Origin: a virus
Taxonomy: Duplodnaviria; Heunggongvirae; Uroviricota; Caudoviricetes
DNA length: 15,493 nt
Strand: one strand, 5' to 3'
IMG/VR virus record: IMGVR_UViG_2606217117_000017
Position 1 is the first letter of the stretch; each line of letters starts with the position of its first letter. This document shows positions 1 through 7,105 of the stretch, one piece after another. The notes beneath the pieces are model-generated. The model made no database searches. It was not told where the DNA came from and saw only the letters and a list, made by a program, of their open reading frames with translations. The position numbers and the translations under genes are program-made.

Positions 1-623
1 CGCTGTGTGTAGGCCAGCGATACATACTGAGAACCTTTATCACTGTGATGGACCGTGCCGGACGGTCGACGGGCCCATAACGCCTGCTCCAGTGCATCCA
101 GCACGAATGTCGTCTCCATGGACGATGAGACCCGCCACCCCACAATGTATCCGGCAAACACATCAATGATGAACGCCACATAGACGAAGCCCTGCCATGT
201 GCTGACGTAAGTAAAATCAGCCACCCACAGCTGGTCAGGTCGTTCTGCCACGAACTGACGGTTTACGCGGTCGCCTGCGGCAACGGCTTTCCGGCTGATG
301 GTCGTACGGACCTTTTTACCCCGGAGAACACCGGCAAGTCCCATAACCGCCATGAGACGTGCCACAGTGCATCTGGCCACTCTGATACCTTCCCGTAACA
401 ACTGACGCCAGACTTTACGCACACCGTATACCTTGTGATTTTCATCGTATACGCGCTGTATCTCTTTCTTCAGCCAGTCATCGCGCTGCGCACGGGCACT
501 GCGTTTATCCGGATGATGTCGCTGTTGCTGACAGTGGTAATACGTTGACGGGGCAATATGCAGTTCGCTGCATAGCGGTCCGACCCCGTACTGCTCACGC
601 AGCTTATCCAGCAGTGGCATCAT
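1..623 (-). CDS. IS629 OrfB (DDE transposase catalytic subunit), partial; C-terminus lies beyond the window start
   Basis: Own translation of the minus strand: starts ATGATG at 623-618 ([29 protein letters not shown]...) and reaches ...[20 protein letters not shown] at the window edge (IS3-family DDE-region signature HSDxGSQY). Same frame throughout. Confidence 0.8.
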   Translation of the reverse strand, partial: MMPLLDKLREQYGVGPLCSELHIAPSTYYHCQQQRHHPDKRSARAQRDDWLKKEIQRVYDENHKVYGVRKVWRQLLREGIRVARCTVARLMAVMGLAGVLRGKKVRTTISRKAVAAGDRVNRQFVAERPDQLWVADFTYVSTWQGFVYVAFIIDVFAGYIVGWRVSSSMETTFVLDALEQALWARRPSGTVHHSDKGSQYVSLAYTQ

Positions 624-946
624 TTTTTCCAGAGGCGGTCGAACTCCGCCTTCGCAAAATAAGCGGAAGCCTGGCGAAGGATATCGTTACTGCGGCGCAG
701 TTCACGATTTTCACGCTCCAGCTCTTTCAGACGCTGACGTTCAGCGGTGGTGAGCCCTCCATCACCGCCCCCGGTATCCCGCTCATGCTGGCGAACCCAG
801 ACACGCAGAGTCTCCGGCGTACAGCCAATCTTTGGAGCAATGGAACAAATTGTCGCCCATTGTGAGTCATATTCGCCCTGACTTTCCAGAACCATACGGA
901 CTGCCCGTTGACGGACTTCAGGGGAAAAACGAGTATTTTTAGTCAT
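620..946 (-). CDS. IS629 OrfA (IS3-family transposase N-terminal HTH subunit), 108 aa
   Basis: ORF-track protein [26 protein letters not shown]...[34 protein letters not shown] matches IS629/IS3-family OrfA from memory; poly-A slippery region at its 3' end. Confidence 0.88.
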   Translation of the reverse strand: MTKNTRFSPEVRQRAVRMVLESQGEYDSQWATICSIAPKIGCTPETLRVWVRQHERDTGGGDGGLTTAERQRLKELERENRELRRSNDILRQASAYFAKAEFDRLWKK

Positions 947-1001
947 CCTGTTTACCTCTTTCTCAGGAAGTTTAGTCTCCAGGATTCCCGGGGCGGTTCA
1001 A

Positions 1002-1700
1002 ACTGTACGTCGACTGATACAGCGGATTAACGAGATAATGATTTACGCTGTAAACACTGGTCTGATTGATGCCAATCCAGCATCGGGGGTTGGGATGGCC
1101 TTTGAGAAGCCCAAAAAGCAAAACATGCCAACATTGCGGCCAGAAGAATTGCCGAAGCTGATGCGTTCTTTAGCTATGTCAAACCTATCTGTTTCGACTC
1201 GCTGTCTCATTGAATGGCAACTCCTGACACTTGTGCGTCCTTCTGAAGCCTCTGGTGCTCGTTGGGCAGAGCTCGATCTTGATACAAAGCTCTGGACTAT
1301 TCCGGCAGAGAGAATGAAAGCCAAACGAGAGCACATTGTTCCTTTATCACCCCAAGCTTTAGATATTTTGGAAGTGATGAAGCCCATCAGTGCTCATCGT
1401 GAACATATTTTTCCTAGCAGAAATGATCCTAAGCAATCAATGAATAGCCAAACTGCTAATGCAGCTTTAAAACGTATTGGTTTTGGAGGAAAGCTAGTTG
1501 CTCATGGCCTCCGATCTATTGCAAGTACAGCAATGAATGAAGCTGGGTTCAATGCGGATGTTATTGAAGCAGCTTTAGCTCACAGTGATAAAAATGAAGT
1601 TCGTAAAGCCTATAATCGTTCAACCTACCTGGTTCAAAGAAAAGATTTAATGAACTGGTGGGGATTATTTTGTATTAGTTCGAAGAGTGTGAATAAATGA
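1002..1700 (+). pseudogene. int: P4-family tyrosine integrase, C-terminal ~230 codons only; 5' portion separated by the IS629 insertion
   Basis: Open frame runs from the IS629 end (no stop from 1002) to 1700. Translation contains catalytic-domain motifs AHGLRSIASTA (HxxR) and AHSDKNEVRKAYNRSTY (catalytic Tyr region) and resembles CP4-57 IntA/P4 Int C-terminal halves (QRINEIMIYAxNTGLIDAxP...). No N-terminal arm-binding domain is present in the window. Confidence 0.8.
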
Positions 1701-3334
1701 ATACTTATAAGCAAACCATTAAACAAAAATCAAGATTAAACATATGGGAAACAGCTATCGCAAGGTTGACAACCCAAGCTGAGAGCTCAAGAATCTTAGA
1801 ATCAAACTATTTAACAAATCTTATAGATTTTTGTTGGAAAGATACACTAAATCAAGTTGCTATATATGATGAGAGCATTGTATTACGCAATGGTTATAAT
1901 TGGGTGCAAAAAATAAGTGATAGTTATAAACCTAAAGCTGCAAGTGAACTAAAGATTGCTTTCTTTTGCGGCCCTGAACCAGAAAATGACTTGGATATAC
2001 TCTTATCATTAGATGTTAGAATAGAAAATATCTGGGCTTTTGAAATTGATAACAATTCATATAACACTGCCTTACAAAAAGCTAAAGAGTTCTATCCAAA
2101 ATTAAAAATATTCCCTGGTTCTATTGGGGAGTTTTTTAAAACCACACATCATACCTTTGATATTATTTACCTTGATTTTACAAGTTCGTTATTGACTAAA
2201 AAGAGCCCTCCCCTTGGAGTAATAAACTCTGTATTTGACAATCAGGCCCTATCAGACTTAGGGGTGTTAATTGTAAACTCTTGCGAACCCGATGCTAACG
2301 AAGATAACGCAACATTTCTTGCAAGTTATTTCATGAATCACGAAATAATTGAATCATCTGTAATTAACAAAACTAATGATGATGATTATGATGATAACTA
2401 TGATTATTTTTCACTTTTTATTGAATCCCCCACATCACAAGGATACGATGATATAAAGTCATTAGCAAAAGTTATAAAGACTAACATATCCGGAGCGTAC
2501 TCTGCCTTTTCAACAAGTTATGTAATGCACTATGCTTCAATGATTAGTCCAACACTTCGTTTTCTACAAAATAACTCATTAAAAAGACAATTATTTAATG
2601 ATAAAAAAGCTGAAGTAACTGCAACCTTTGCAGAAATTGGATCAACTGACTTTTTCAAAACATTAATATCAACAGATGGTGAAGCATCGTCCCCCTCCAT
2701 TTTAGGAAACAGATTCCTAGATAATGAAAGCTACCCATTCTGGAATTTCATTGATTCATTAAATGGCTCAGGAACAAGTATTTCATCTTACTTTAAGAGC
2801 TTTTTCACCACCGCTAAAGAAGGTGTATCCATTTTAAATGCCGTGCAATTTCGGGAATCATTTCACTCAATGCTTACAGGAGCTAGAAAGCTATTATCTC
2901 AGCGAATGCTCAATGCAATACCCCAAATAATAAAAGCAATTCCTGATGCTAGAGGTGGTTTATTCTGTGACATTCCTTTACCCCACCTTTGGTTAGAGGT
3001 GGCACTTAATCAGTTAGGTGCACCATACCATGTAAACGTGAAAATGCATAATCGATGGAAATATAAAGCAAAAACTCGCACAATGCATACGGACTTATTT
3101 GTTTTTGATAGATGCAGAGGTTTTTATGACTCAATGCCTATGATAGATCAATACGAAACGATTCTTACTAACATCGAAGAACAAATTTTCGCTAGGTGTT
3201 GTATTGATATTATTGGTAAGCAATGTCGTTGGCCAACTCCAAAACTTTATTTTGGTTCGAACCTAATTGGAATAAACGAGTCTGATTGGTCTGAGTTCGC
3301 CGAACTTCGTGAAAGAGAAATTATAAAAGAATAA
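1697..3334 (+). CDS. Hypothetical 545-aa protein, AT-rich cargo gene in the P4 int-psu accessory hotspot; function unknown (candidate anti-phage defence protein). N-terminal third has a weak Rossmann/SAM-methyltransferase-like motif pattern.
   Basis: Long uninterrupted ORF with a start overlapping the int stop (ATGA at 1697-1700). Hand counts of 60-nt blocks give roughly 23-45% G+C versus ~70% in a block of alpha. Motif-like segments KIAFFCGPEP, DVRIENIWAFEID, FDIIYLDFTSS, GVLIVNS; acidic low-complexity stretch NDDDYDDNYDY. No Walker A, HNH or obvious PD-(D/E)xK motif seen. Confidence 0.75.
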   Translation: MNTYKQTIKQKSRLNIWETAIARLTTQAESSRILESNYLTNLIDFCWKDTLNQVAIYDESIVLRNGYNWVQKISDSYKPKAASELKIAFFCGPEPENDLDILLSLDVRIENIWAFEIDNNSYNTALQKAKEFYPKLKIFPGSIGEFFKTTHHTFDIIYLDFTSSLLTKKSPPLGVINSVFDNQALSDLGVLIVNSCEPDANEDNATFLASYFMNHEIIESSVINKTNDDDYDDNYDYFSLFIESPTSQGYDDIKSLAKVIKTNISGAYSAFSTSYVMHYASMISPTLRFLQNNSLKRQLFNDKKAEVTATFAEIGSTDFFKTLISTDGEASSPSILGNRFLDNESYPFWNFIDSLNGSGTSISSYFKSFFTTAKEGVSILNAVQFRESFHSMLTGARKLLSQRMLNAIPQIIKAIPDARGGLFCDIPLPHLWLEVALNQLGAPYHVNVKMHNRWKYKAKTRTMHTDLFVFDRCRGFYDSMPMIDQYETILTNIEEQIFARCCIDIIGKQCRWPTPKLYFGSNLIGINESDWSEFAELREREIIKE

Positions 3335-3348
3335 ATCTCCACGCGCGC

Positions 3349-3367
3349 AGTGCTTTCCCCGCCTCGC
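3349..3367. other. cos site: 19-nt P2/P4-type cohesive-end sequence
   Basis: 3349-3367 is gtgctttccccgcctcgcc, the reverse complement of GGCGAGGCGGGGAAAGCAC, which I recall as the P2/P4 cohesive end. It sits between the cargo gene and psu, as cos does in P4. Confidence 0.7.
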
Positions 3368-3468
3368 CCGCCCGCTTTGCGGGGCGGTTTTAATGCAGTT
3401 GCACTGACACGCTCAGACCGCGCCGGGAATGGCGCGGTTTGCAGAAAATGAGGCAGGGAAACGCATGC

Positions 3469-3502
3469 AAAGCCATGCACCTTATCGATGCATGGCTTTT
3501 TT
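3469..3502 (+). terminator. Rho-independent terminator (possibly weakly bidirectional) between cos and the psu 3' end
   Basis: Perfect inverted repeat aaagccatgca (3469-3479) / tgcatggcttt (3489-3499) with a 9-nt loop, followed by a T-run on the + strand (3497-3502). On the minus strand the hairpin is followed by a less T-rich tail. Confidence 0.6.
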
Positions 3503-3532
3503 CAGTAAAAACGGGCGGATTTTCGGGGAATT

Positions 3533-4105
3533 TTACACTGACTGACGTGATGCAAGTTGCGCACTTTTACGCGAAAAAATCATGTTCTGCGCAGGGGTGA
3601 ATTTTTCACGGCTGTCATCCACCGAAGCCACGTCAGGCCTGAATCCGATGGTCGTTAAAATGTCGCTATCCTGTGCGGAATAATTAATTTTTTCACCCTT
3701 CGCAAGCCAGGACAGAAGGGCTTCACGCAGGGCATCTGTGGCACGCTGTATGGCACAGTTTCGGGCAATGGCCGTCAGCTCACTGTAGCCCATCAGCTCC
3801 GGTGCCAGTGCGGCCGCCAGTACTGTGCCGTGCTGCTGCATAAAATCATTCAGCCGGTCGCGGATGCTGATGTGCTGAACGGCTTCATGCGAACGAATAT
3901 AACGACCGGCGGCCTGATTCACCTGCCATTTTCTGACTTCGATAATATTGCGTAATTCGTCCAGGCGGCTGACGTTTCTGCCTTCTCCTGACAGAAGCCG
4001 CAGATATTCCTGTTCGGCCGCTGCCAGCTCATTTTTGCGTTGCAGCCATGCTGCTTTGTTATTCTGACAGGTGTCAAAGGCCTGCTGTAAGGCTGTGCTT
4101 TCCAT
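3533..4105 (-). CDS. psu: Psu (polarity suppression / capsid decoration protein), 190 aa
   Basis: 190-aa ORF, last gene of a three-gene leftward operon after sid and delta. Size and order match P4 Psu as recalled. Confidence 0.85.
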   Translation of the reverse strand: MESTALQQAFDTCQNNKAAWLQRKNELAAAEQEYLRLLSGEGRNVSRLDELRNIIEVRKWQVNQAAGRYIRSHEAVQHISIRDRLNDFMQQHGTVLAAALAPELMGYSELTAIARNCAIQRATDALREALLSWLAKGEKINYSAQDSDILTTIGFRPDVASVDDSREKFTPAQNMIFSRKSAQLASRQSV

Positions 4106-4178
4106 CGTTATCTCTTTCTCATCATGCTGAAGAATAAAAATACGGTGTGCGGCGACGGCCGGGGTTAACCGGCAGCCC

Positions 4179-4679
4179 TCATTCCAGACGCAGCGAATAT
4201 GATTGTGTTTTTAACCGTACTGGCGGCAGTTCCTGTTTTTCATGCAGGCGTTCTGCCAGTTCGTCCGGCGTGACCGGGCGGACAATGAAGCGGGTGATGG
4301 TCTGAAGCGTTTTAAACACCAGACCACAGTCCGGATCCGTGCACACATAAAAACGCTCGGTGACTTCCTGAGACAGACGCCGCGATGTTCTTGACAGCGC
4401 AAGGCCTTTACATCTCCGACAACAATATCCGGTAACAAGCATTCTTTTCGGGCGTTTCATACTGCCGGAGGCTGACGTCAGTGAATCGCGGTATCTCTGT
4501 TTGCCTGAAATGTATTCCATTCCTGAATCTTTACTGTCAGAGAAAAAGCTTTCACTCGCTTCAAATGTCGCAGAGCAATAAATATTCCGGCACTGTGCAA
4601 TCATTATCTTGGTGCCATCGTCCATGAAATGTGCGCGACGGGTGTGAGCAACATGTCCACACGACGGGCAGTAAATCAT
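4179..4679 (-). CDS. delta: Delta (Ogr-family zinc-finger late transcription activator, tandem Ogr-like domains), 166 aa
   Basis: Two Cys-rich Ogr-like zinc-finger modules (MIYCPSCGH...CRNIYC... and ...YCCRRCKG...CTDPDC...). 166 aa as in P4 delta. Start ATG overlaps the sid stop (ATGA at 4676-4679). Confidence 0.85.
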   Translation of the reverse strand: MIYCPSCGHVAHTRRAHFMDDGTKIMIAQCRNIYCSATFEASESFFSDSKDSGMEYISGKQRYRDSLTSASGSMKRPKRMLVTGYCCRRCKGLALSRTSRRLSQEVTERFYVCTDPDCGLVFKTLQTITRFIVRPVTPDELAERLHEKQELPPVRLKTQSYSLRLE

Positions 4680-5410
4680 GACAGCAGTCCTCTGGCCTTA
4701 AGCTCTGCTCCCTGCTGGTCTATTTTGTCCTGCCACACCTTGCGCTGTGCCGGTGTGCCTGCCACCTCATAATCCATGTGCGGGAGTGTTGCCGCTGACA
4801 GTCCGGTCAGCCGGAGAACCGGCTCGCCGGTGAGGCTGATTTGCATCTGTTTAATTTTCTGTTCCAGCGATGATTTCACCTGCTGCATGACAGCTTTATC
4901 GGGTGCGACGTAGCCCTGATGGCCGGTGGTGTTGGCGAGCGGATTTTCCTGTACCAGGATACTCAGATGCATTGCCCGGACAAGCGCCTCACAGGTTTCA
5001 TTCAGGGCGTGTTCCAGCTCATGCTCTGCATACAGACTCAGAAGGTGATGATGTGCCTTCCGGTAGGCGGTGGCCGTGCTGTCACACGCCCCTTTCAGGC
5101 GTTCACGTTCGAAATTCAGCACCACGGCCAGATTGTCATATTCCTGTACCAGCTCCCGGCGTGCCACGCGCTCAATGTGGCGCTGTTTCAGCTCGTCGCT
5201 CAGGACACCACCGGCTGCACGAAAGGCCGTGCGCCAGTCGTCAGCGTCGTTTCCGTTGGCCTGCGTCAGCGCATTTTTTTCCTGCTCTGCCCGTTCAATG
5301 GCCGTGATGGTCTCATCCATCAGGCGGGCGTTCTCAAGATGAGCGGCTCTGGCCTTTTCCAGTTGTGCCAGTGCGGGTTGCAGATATTCAGGGATGGTGT
5401 TGTCAGACAT
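4676..5410 (-). CDS. sid: Sid (capsid size determination, external scaffold), 244 aa from ATG at 5410 (an upstream in-frame GTG at 5428 would give 250 aa)
   Basis: Coiled-coil-like, Ala/Glu/Leu-rich protein at the head of the sid-delta-psu operon. ATG at 5410 is preceded by GGAG about 10 nt upstream; 244 aa matches P4 Sid as recalled. Confidence 0.8.
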   Translation of the reverse strand: MSDNTIPEYLQPALAQLEKARAAHLENARLMDETITAIERAEQEKNALTQANGNDADDWRTAFRAAGGVLSDELKQRHIERVARRELVQEYDNLAVVLNFERERLKGACDSTATAYRKAHHHLLSLYAEHELEHALNETCEALVRAMHLSILVQENPLANTTGHQGYVAPDKAVMQQVKSSLEQKIKQMQISLTGEPVLRLTGLSAATLPHMDYEVAGTPAQRKVWQDKIDQQGAELKARGLLS

Positions 5411-5424
5411 TTTCCGGCTCCTCG

Positions 5425-5500
5425 TCACTTCAGGTTAAGAAAATTGTGACGTACACCGGACAACAACACGACGCATTGCAGATGTGCCAGCCCTGACACA
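5425..5500 (-). promoter_or_regulatory. Candidate Psid late promoter with Ogr/Delta-type activator dyad TGT-N12-ACA
   Basis: TGTgccagccctgacACA at 5483-5500 (palindromic half-sites 12 nt apart), centred about 55 nt upstream of a predicted minus-strand start near 5436; weak -10-like cacaat at 5437-5432. A second TGT-N12-ACA at 5435-5452 lies too close to the sid ATG to be the activator site. Confidence 0.4.
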
Positions 5501-5579
5501 GGAGACTCATCCTCACACCGGCAAGCCAGGAAAAGGTCGCAGGAAAAACCGGCTTACTGTTTGTTTTTTTATATTTTAC

Positions 5580-5683
5580 TGTTCACCTCTGTTCACCATA
5601 AGAAAAAAGATAAGTAATACAGTAAGTTAAAGGGTGAACAATCGCAGTAATGACTGTTCACCGTCTGTTCACCACTGTTCACC
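5580..5683. other. ori: replication origin with six copies of the P4 type I iteron TGTTCACC (alpha-binding octamer)
   Basis: Perfect octamers at 5580-5587, 5590-5597, 5655-5662, 5666-5673, 5676-5683 (TGTTCACC) and 5633-5640 (GGTGAACA, inverted), flanked by AT-rich runs (5561-5580, 5700-5730). Located between the divergent sid and vis/alpha operons. Confidence 0.75.
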
Positions 5684-5788
5684 CGTTGATGGGCTTTTTG
5701 TGCTGTTTATTACTGTTTATTTTTATTAATTCGCCGGGAATGAATAAGAAAAAACGATTTGTATTTCACTATAAAAATTACGAATTGC

Positions 5789-5818
5789 TTTAAGTGGCTT
5801 TAAATGACTTTAAGTGGA
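5789..5818. promoter_or_regulatory. Three tandem 10-bp repeats resembling P2 Cox boxes (TTAAAGNCA on the minus strand)
   Basis: ctttaagtgg / ctttaaatga / ctttaagtgg at 5789-5818. The reverse complement contains TTAAAGTCA and TTAAAGCCA, matching the Cox-box consensus as I recall it. Lies upstream of the candidate PLL dyad. Confidence 0.4.
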
Positions 5819-5852
5819 GATGAACAAAAAACACACAAGCATTGTAAGGCTG

Positions 5853-5870
5853 CCGGAACAAATCCCCCCT
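5853..5870 (+). promoter_or_regulatory. Candidate PLL-type late promoter activator site (TGT-N12-ACA) upstream of vis
   Basis: TGTaaggctgccggaACA at 5853-5870; A/T-rich -10-like sequence around 5893-5900; vis ATG at 5963. Confidence 0.35.
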
Positions 5871-5962
5871 GTTGCGTCTGCCAAAAATATTCACAAAATA
5901 AAGCGCTACCCGAAGCCGGACGGACTTATCCGGTGCTGTATGGACATTAACGAGGTAGCCCG

Positions 5963-6229
5963 ATGCAAGCTGTTTTTTCTTCCCCGTCTCCCGCCCCTGT
6001 GACGCCACTGATGCCGCTGCCGGACATCACGCAGGAACGTTTTTTACGTCTGCCGGAAGTAATGCACCTGTGCGGCCTGTCACGCTCGACCATCTATGAA
6101 CTCATCCGTAAGGGGGAATTTCCGCCGCAGGTGAGTCTTGGCGGTAAAAATGTGGCCTGGCTGCACTCTGAAGTCACCGCATGGATGGCCGGGCGCATTG
6201 CCGGACGCAAACGGGGGTACGACGCATGA
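5963..6229 (+). CDS. vis: Vis / AlpA-family excisionase-type DNA-binding regulator (88 aa; an internal ATG at 6011 would give 72 aa)
   Basis: MerR/AlpA-type HTH ([48 protein letters not shown]). GAGG SD 8 nt upstream of ATG 5963. Position and size equal P4 vis (orf88) as recalled. Confidence 0.75.
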   Translation: MQAVFSSPSPAPVTPLMPLPDITQERFLRLPEVMHLCGLSRSTIYELIRKGEFPPQVSLGGKNVAWLHSEVTAWMAGRIAGRKRGYDA

Positions 6230-6264
6230 TGATGCCCGCTCTGCAAAAACTCCCTTTTTCTGGC

Positions 6265-6294
6265 TTGCCTTTTTTCGGCATTTGCGGATATAGT
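6265..6294 (+). promoter_or_regulatory. Candidate sigma70 promoter (PLE-like) for the immunity/alpha operon
   Basis: TTGCCT (6265-6270), 18-nt spacer, TATAGT (6289-6294); followed by the seqA-like element. Confidence 0.35.
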
Positions 6295-6324
6295 TTTCCC
6301 GCTGCCGCAAAATCGGCAGCCGGG

Positions 6325-6620
6325 CGTGGAAACCCGAGCAATCTAACGGCGACATATGACGCGCCATGCGTCTTTTTTTGTGTCGCAATCAACGCCACAG
6401 AGCGCCAGATTATGGTGTGGTGTGTGGTCAGTCGAGCAGATGGCACTCCGTGCATCCTGCCCGCGTCCGCTCATTATGCCGCAGGGTCAATGGTAGCTCA
6501 GGCGGGGCAGCCTCCGGGCTGGCCGGTATCCGTTAGAGCCGGTATTTCCACCCCCGTCTGGGCTATCGCCATCGAGCGTGGAAACTCCGGCGATAGCGTA
6601 ACCTGCTATCTAACGGAGGC
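6325..6620 (+). ncRNA. cI: P4-type RNA immunity leader: putative seqA (~6335-6353), CI-RNA/seqB (~6520-6545) and seqC (~6598-6618)
   Basis: Two direct copies of cgtggaaac...atctaacgg (6325-6349 and 6578-6614) flank a segment containing the complementary tccgttaga (6529-6537). This is the arrangement expected for a CI RNA that pairs with upstream and downstream target sites. Boundaries are approximate. Confidence 0.45.
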
Positions 6621-6627
6621 TGCCATC

Positions 6628-6825
6628 ATGGCTACAACCCTTACCCCTTCACACCCTGAATTTGTCTTTGTGTTTGCGGCTGTCCGTCGCGCAGACCGTC
6701 ATCCCCGTATCTGCATGCTTCGCACCGTCGCCGGTGATGAACGCAGTGCCCGCCGTTCCCTTGTCCGTGACTATGTGCTCTCCCTTGCTGCCCGTCTGCC
6801 GGTGGTGGAGGTGTCCCGTGCGTAA
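6628..6825 (+). CDS. Hypothetical small protein (~65 aa) immediately downstream of the seqC-like site
   Basis: ATG at 6628 preceded by GGAGG (6614-6618). It is the 3' part of a longer ORF-track frame whose upstream portion overlaps vis and the regulatory leader and is unlikely to be coding. Confidence 0.4.
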   Translation: MATTLTPSHPEFVFVFAAVRRADRHPRICMLRTVAGDERSARRSLVRDYVLSLAARLPVVEVSRA

Positions 6826-7105
6826 TAAAAAAGCCCCTCAGACCGTCTCAGCACGTCATGACGCCCGTGAACACCTCAGCATTGAGGCTTACCATAAGCT
6901 CAACCGCGCCAGCGCCGTATCCCAGTTTGTTGGGGGTGATTTGATTCACCGTGAACTCTCCGGCCTGCATCAGCTCTACATTCCGCATATTTTCAGCTAC
7001 CTGAATGAAGATATTGATTTTGTGCTGAATGAGCTGAAAGCCAAAGGCCTGTGCCGCGATTTTCTCGCCCAGCAGAAAGACCGGGGAGACAGGACGCATG
7101 TTTGA
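6818..7105 (+). CDS. Hypothetical protein (~95 aa) at the position of P4 epsilon (anti-repressor); identity not established
   Basis: GTG at 6818 preceded by GGAGG (6807-6811); overlaps the stop of the preceding small ORF and is itself overlapped by the orf151 start (ATG 7098 / stop 7103-7105), suggesting translational coupling. It is the 3' part of ORF-track frame 6662-7105. Confidence 0.5.
   Translation: MRNKKAPQTVSARHDAREHLSIEAYHKLNRASAVSQFVGGDLIHRELSGLHQLYIPHIFSYLNEDIDFVLNELKAKGLCRDFLAQQKDRGDRTHV

Larger units (their letters stand above)
1..1000 (-). mobile_element. IS629 (IS3 family) insertion sequence, partial: about 1000 bp of a ~1.3 kb element; window begins inside orfB
   Basis: Reverse complement of 941-1000 reads TGAACCGCCCCGGGAATCCTGGAGACTAAACTTCCTGAGAAAGAGGTAAACAGGATGACT, which I recognise as the IS629 terminal inverted repeat plus the start of orfA. 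The orfA/orfB arrangement with ATGATG orfB start overlapping the orfA stop is typical of IS3-family elements. Confidence 0.85.

Noticed and set aside
263-445. 60-aa minus-strand ORF inside IS629
   Set aside because: It is in a different frame from IS629 orfB, which I translated across this region as a continuous transposase sequence.
1697-3334. Interpreting the 545-aa ORF as the methyltransferase of a restriction-modification system
   Set aside because: The methyltransferase-like motifs are weak, with no clear GxGxG or DPPY/NPPF. No restriction endonuclease or specificity partner is adjacent, since the gene is bracketed by int and cos. Kept as an unassigned candidate instead.
4903-5449. Plus-strand ORFs 4903-5307, 4919-5449 and 5070-5342
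   Set aside because: Antisense to sid, which is supported by size, operon context and coupling to delta.
5790-6008. Small ORFs 5790-6008 (minus) and 5814-6002 (plus) between ori and vis
   Set aside because: They overlap the tandem decamer repeats and candidate promoter elements, have no SD, and the region is better explained as regulatory.
6181-6825. 214-aa ORF spanning the vis 3' end and the leader region
   Set aside because: It overlaps vis and runs through the predicted promoter and the seqA/seqB/seqC-like repeats. Only its last ~65 codons, which have their own SD at 6614-6618, are kept as a possible small protein.
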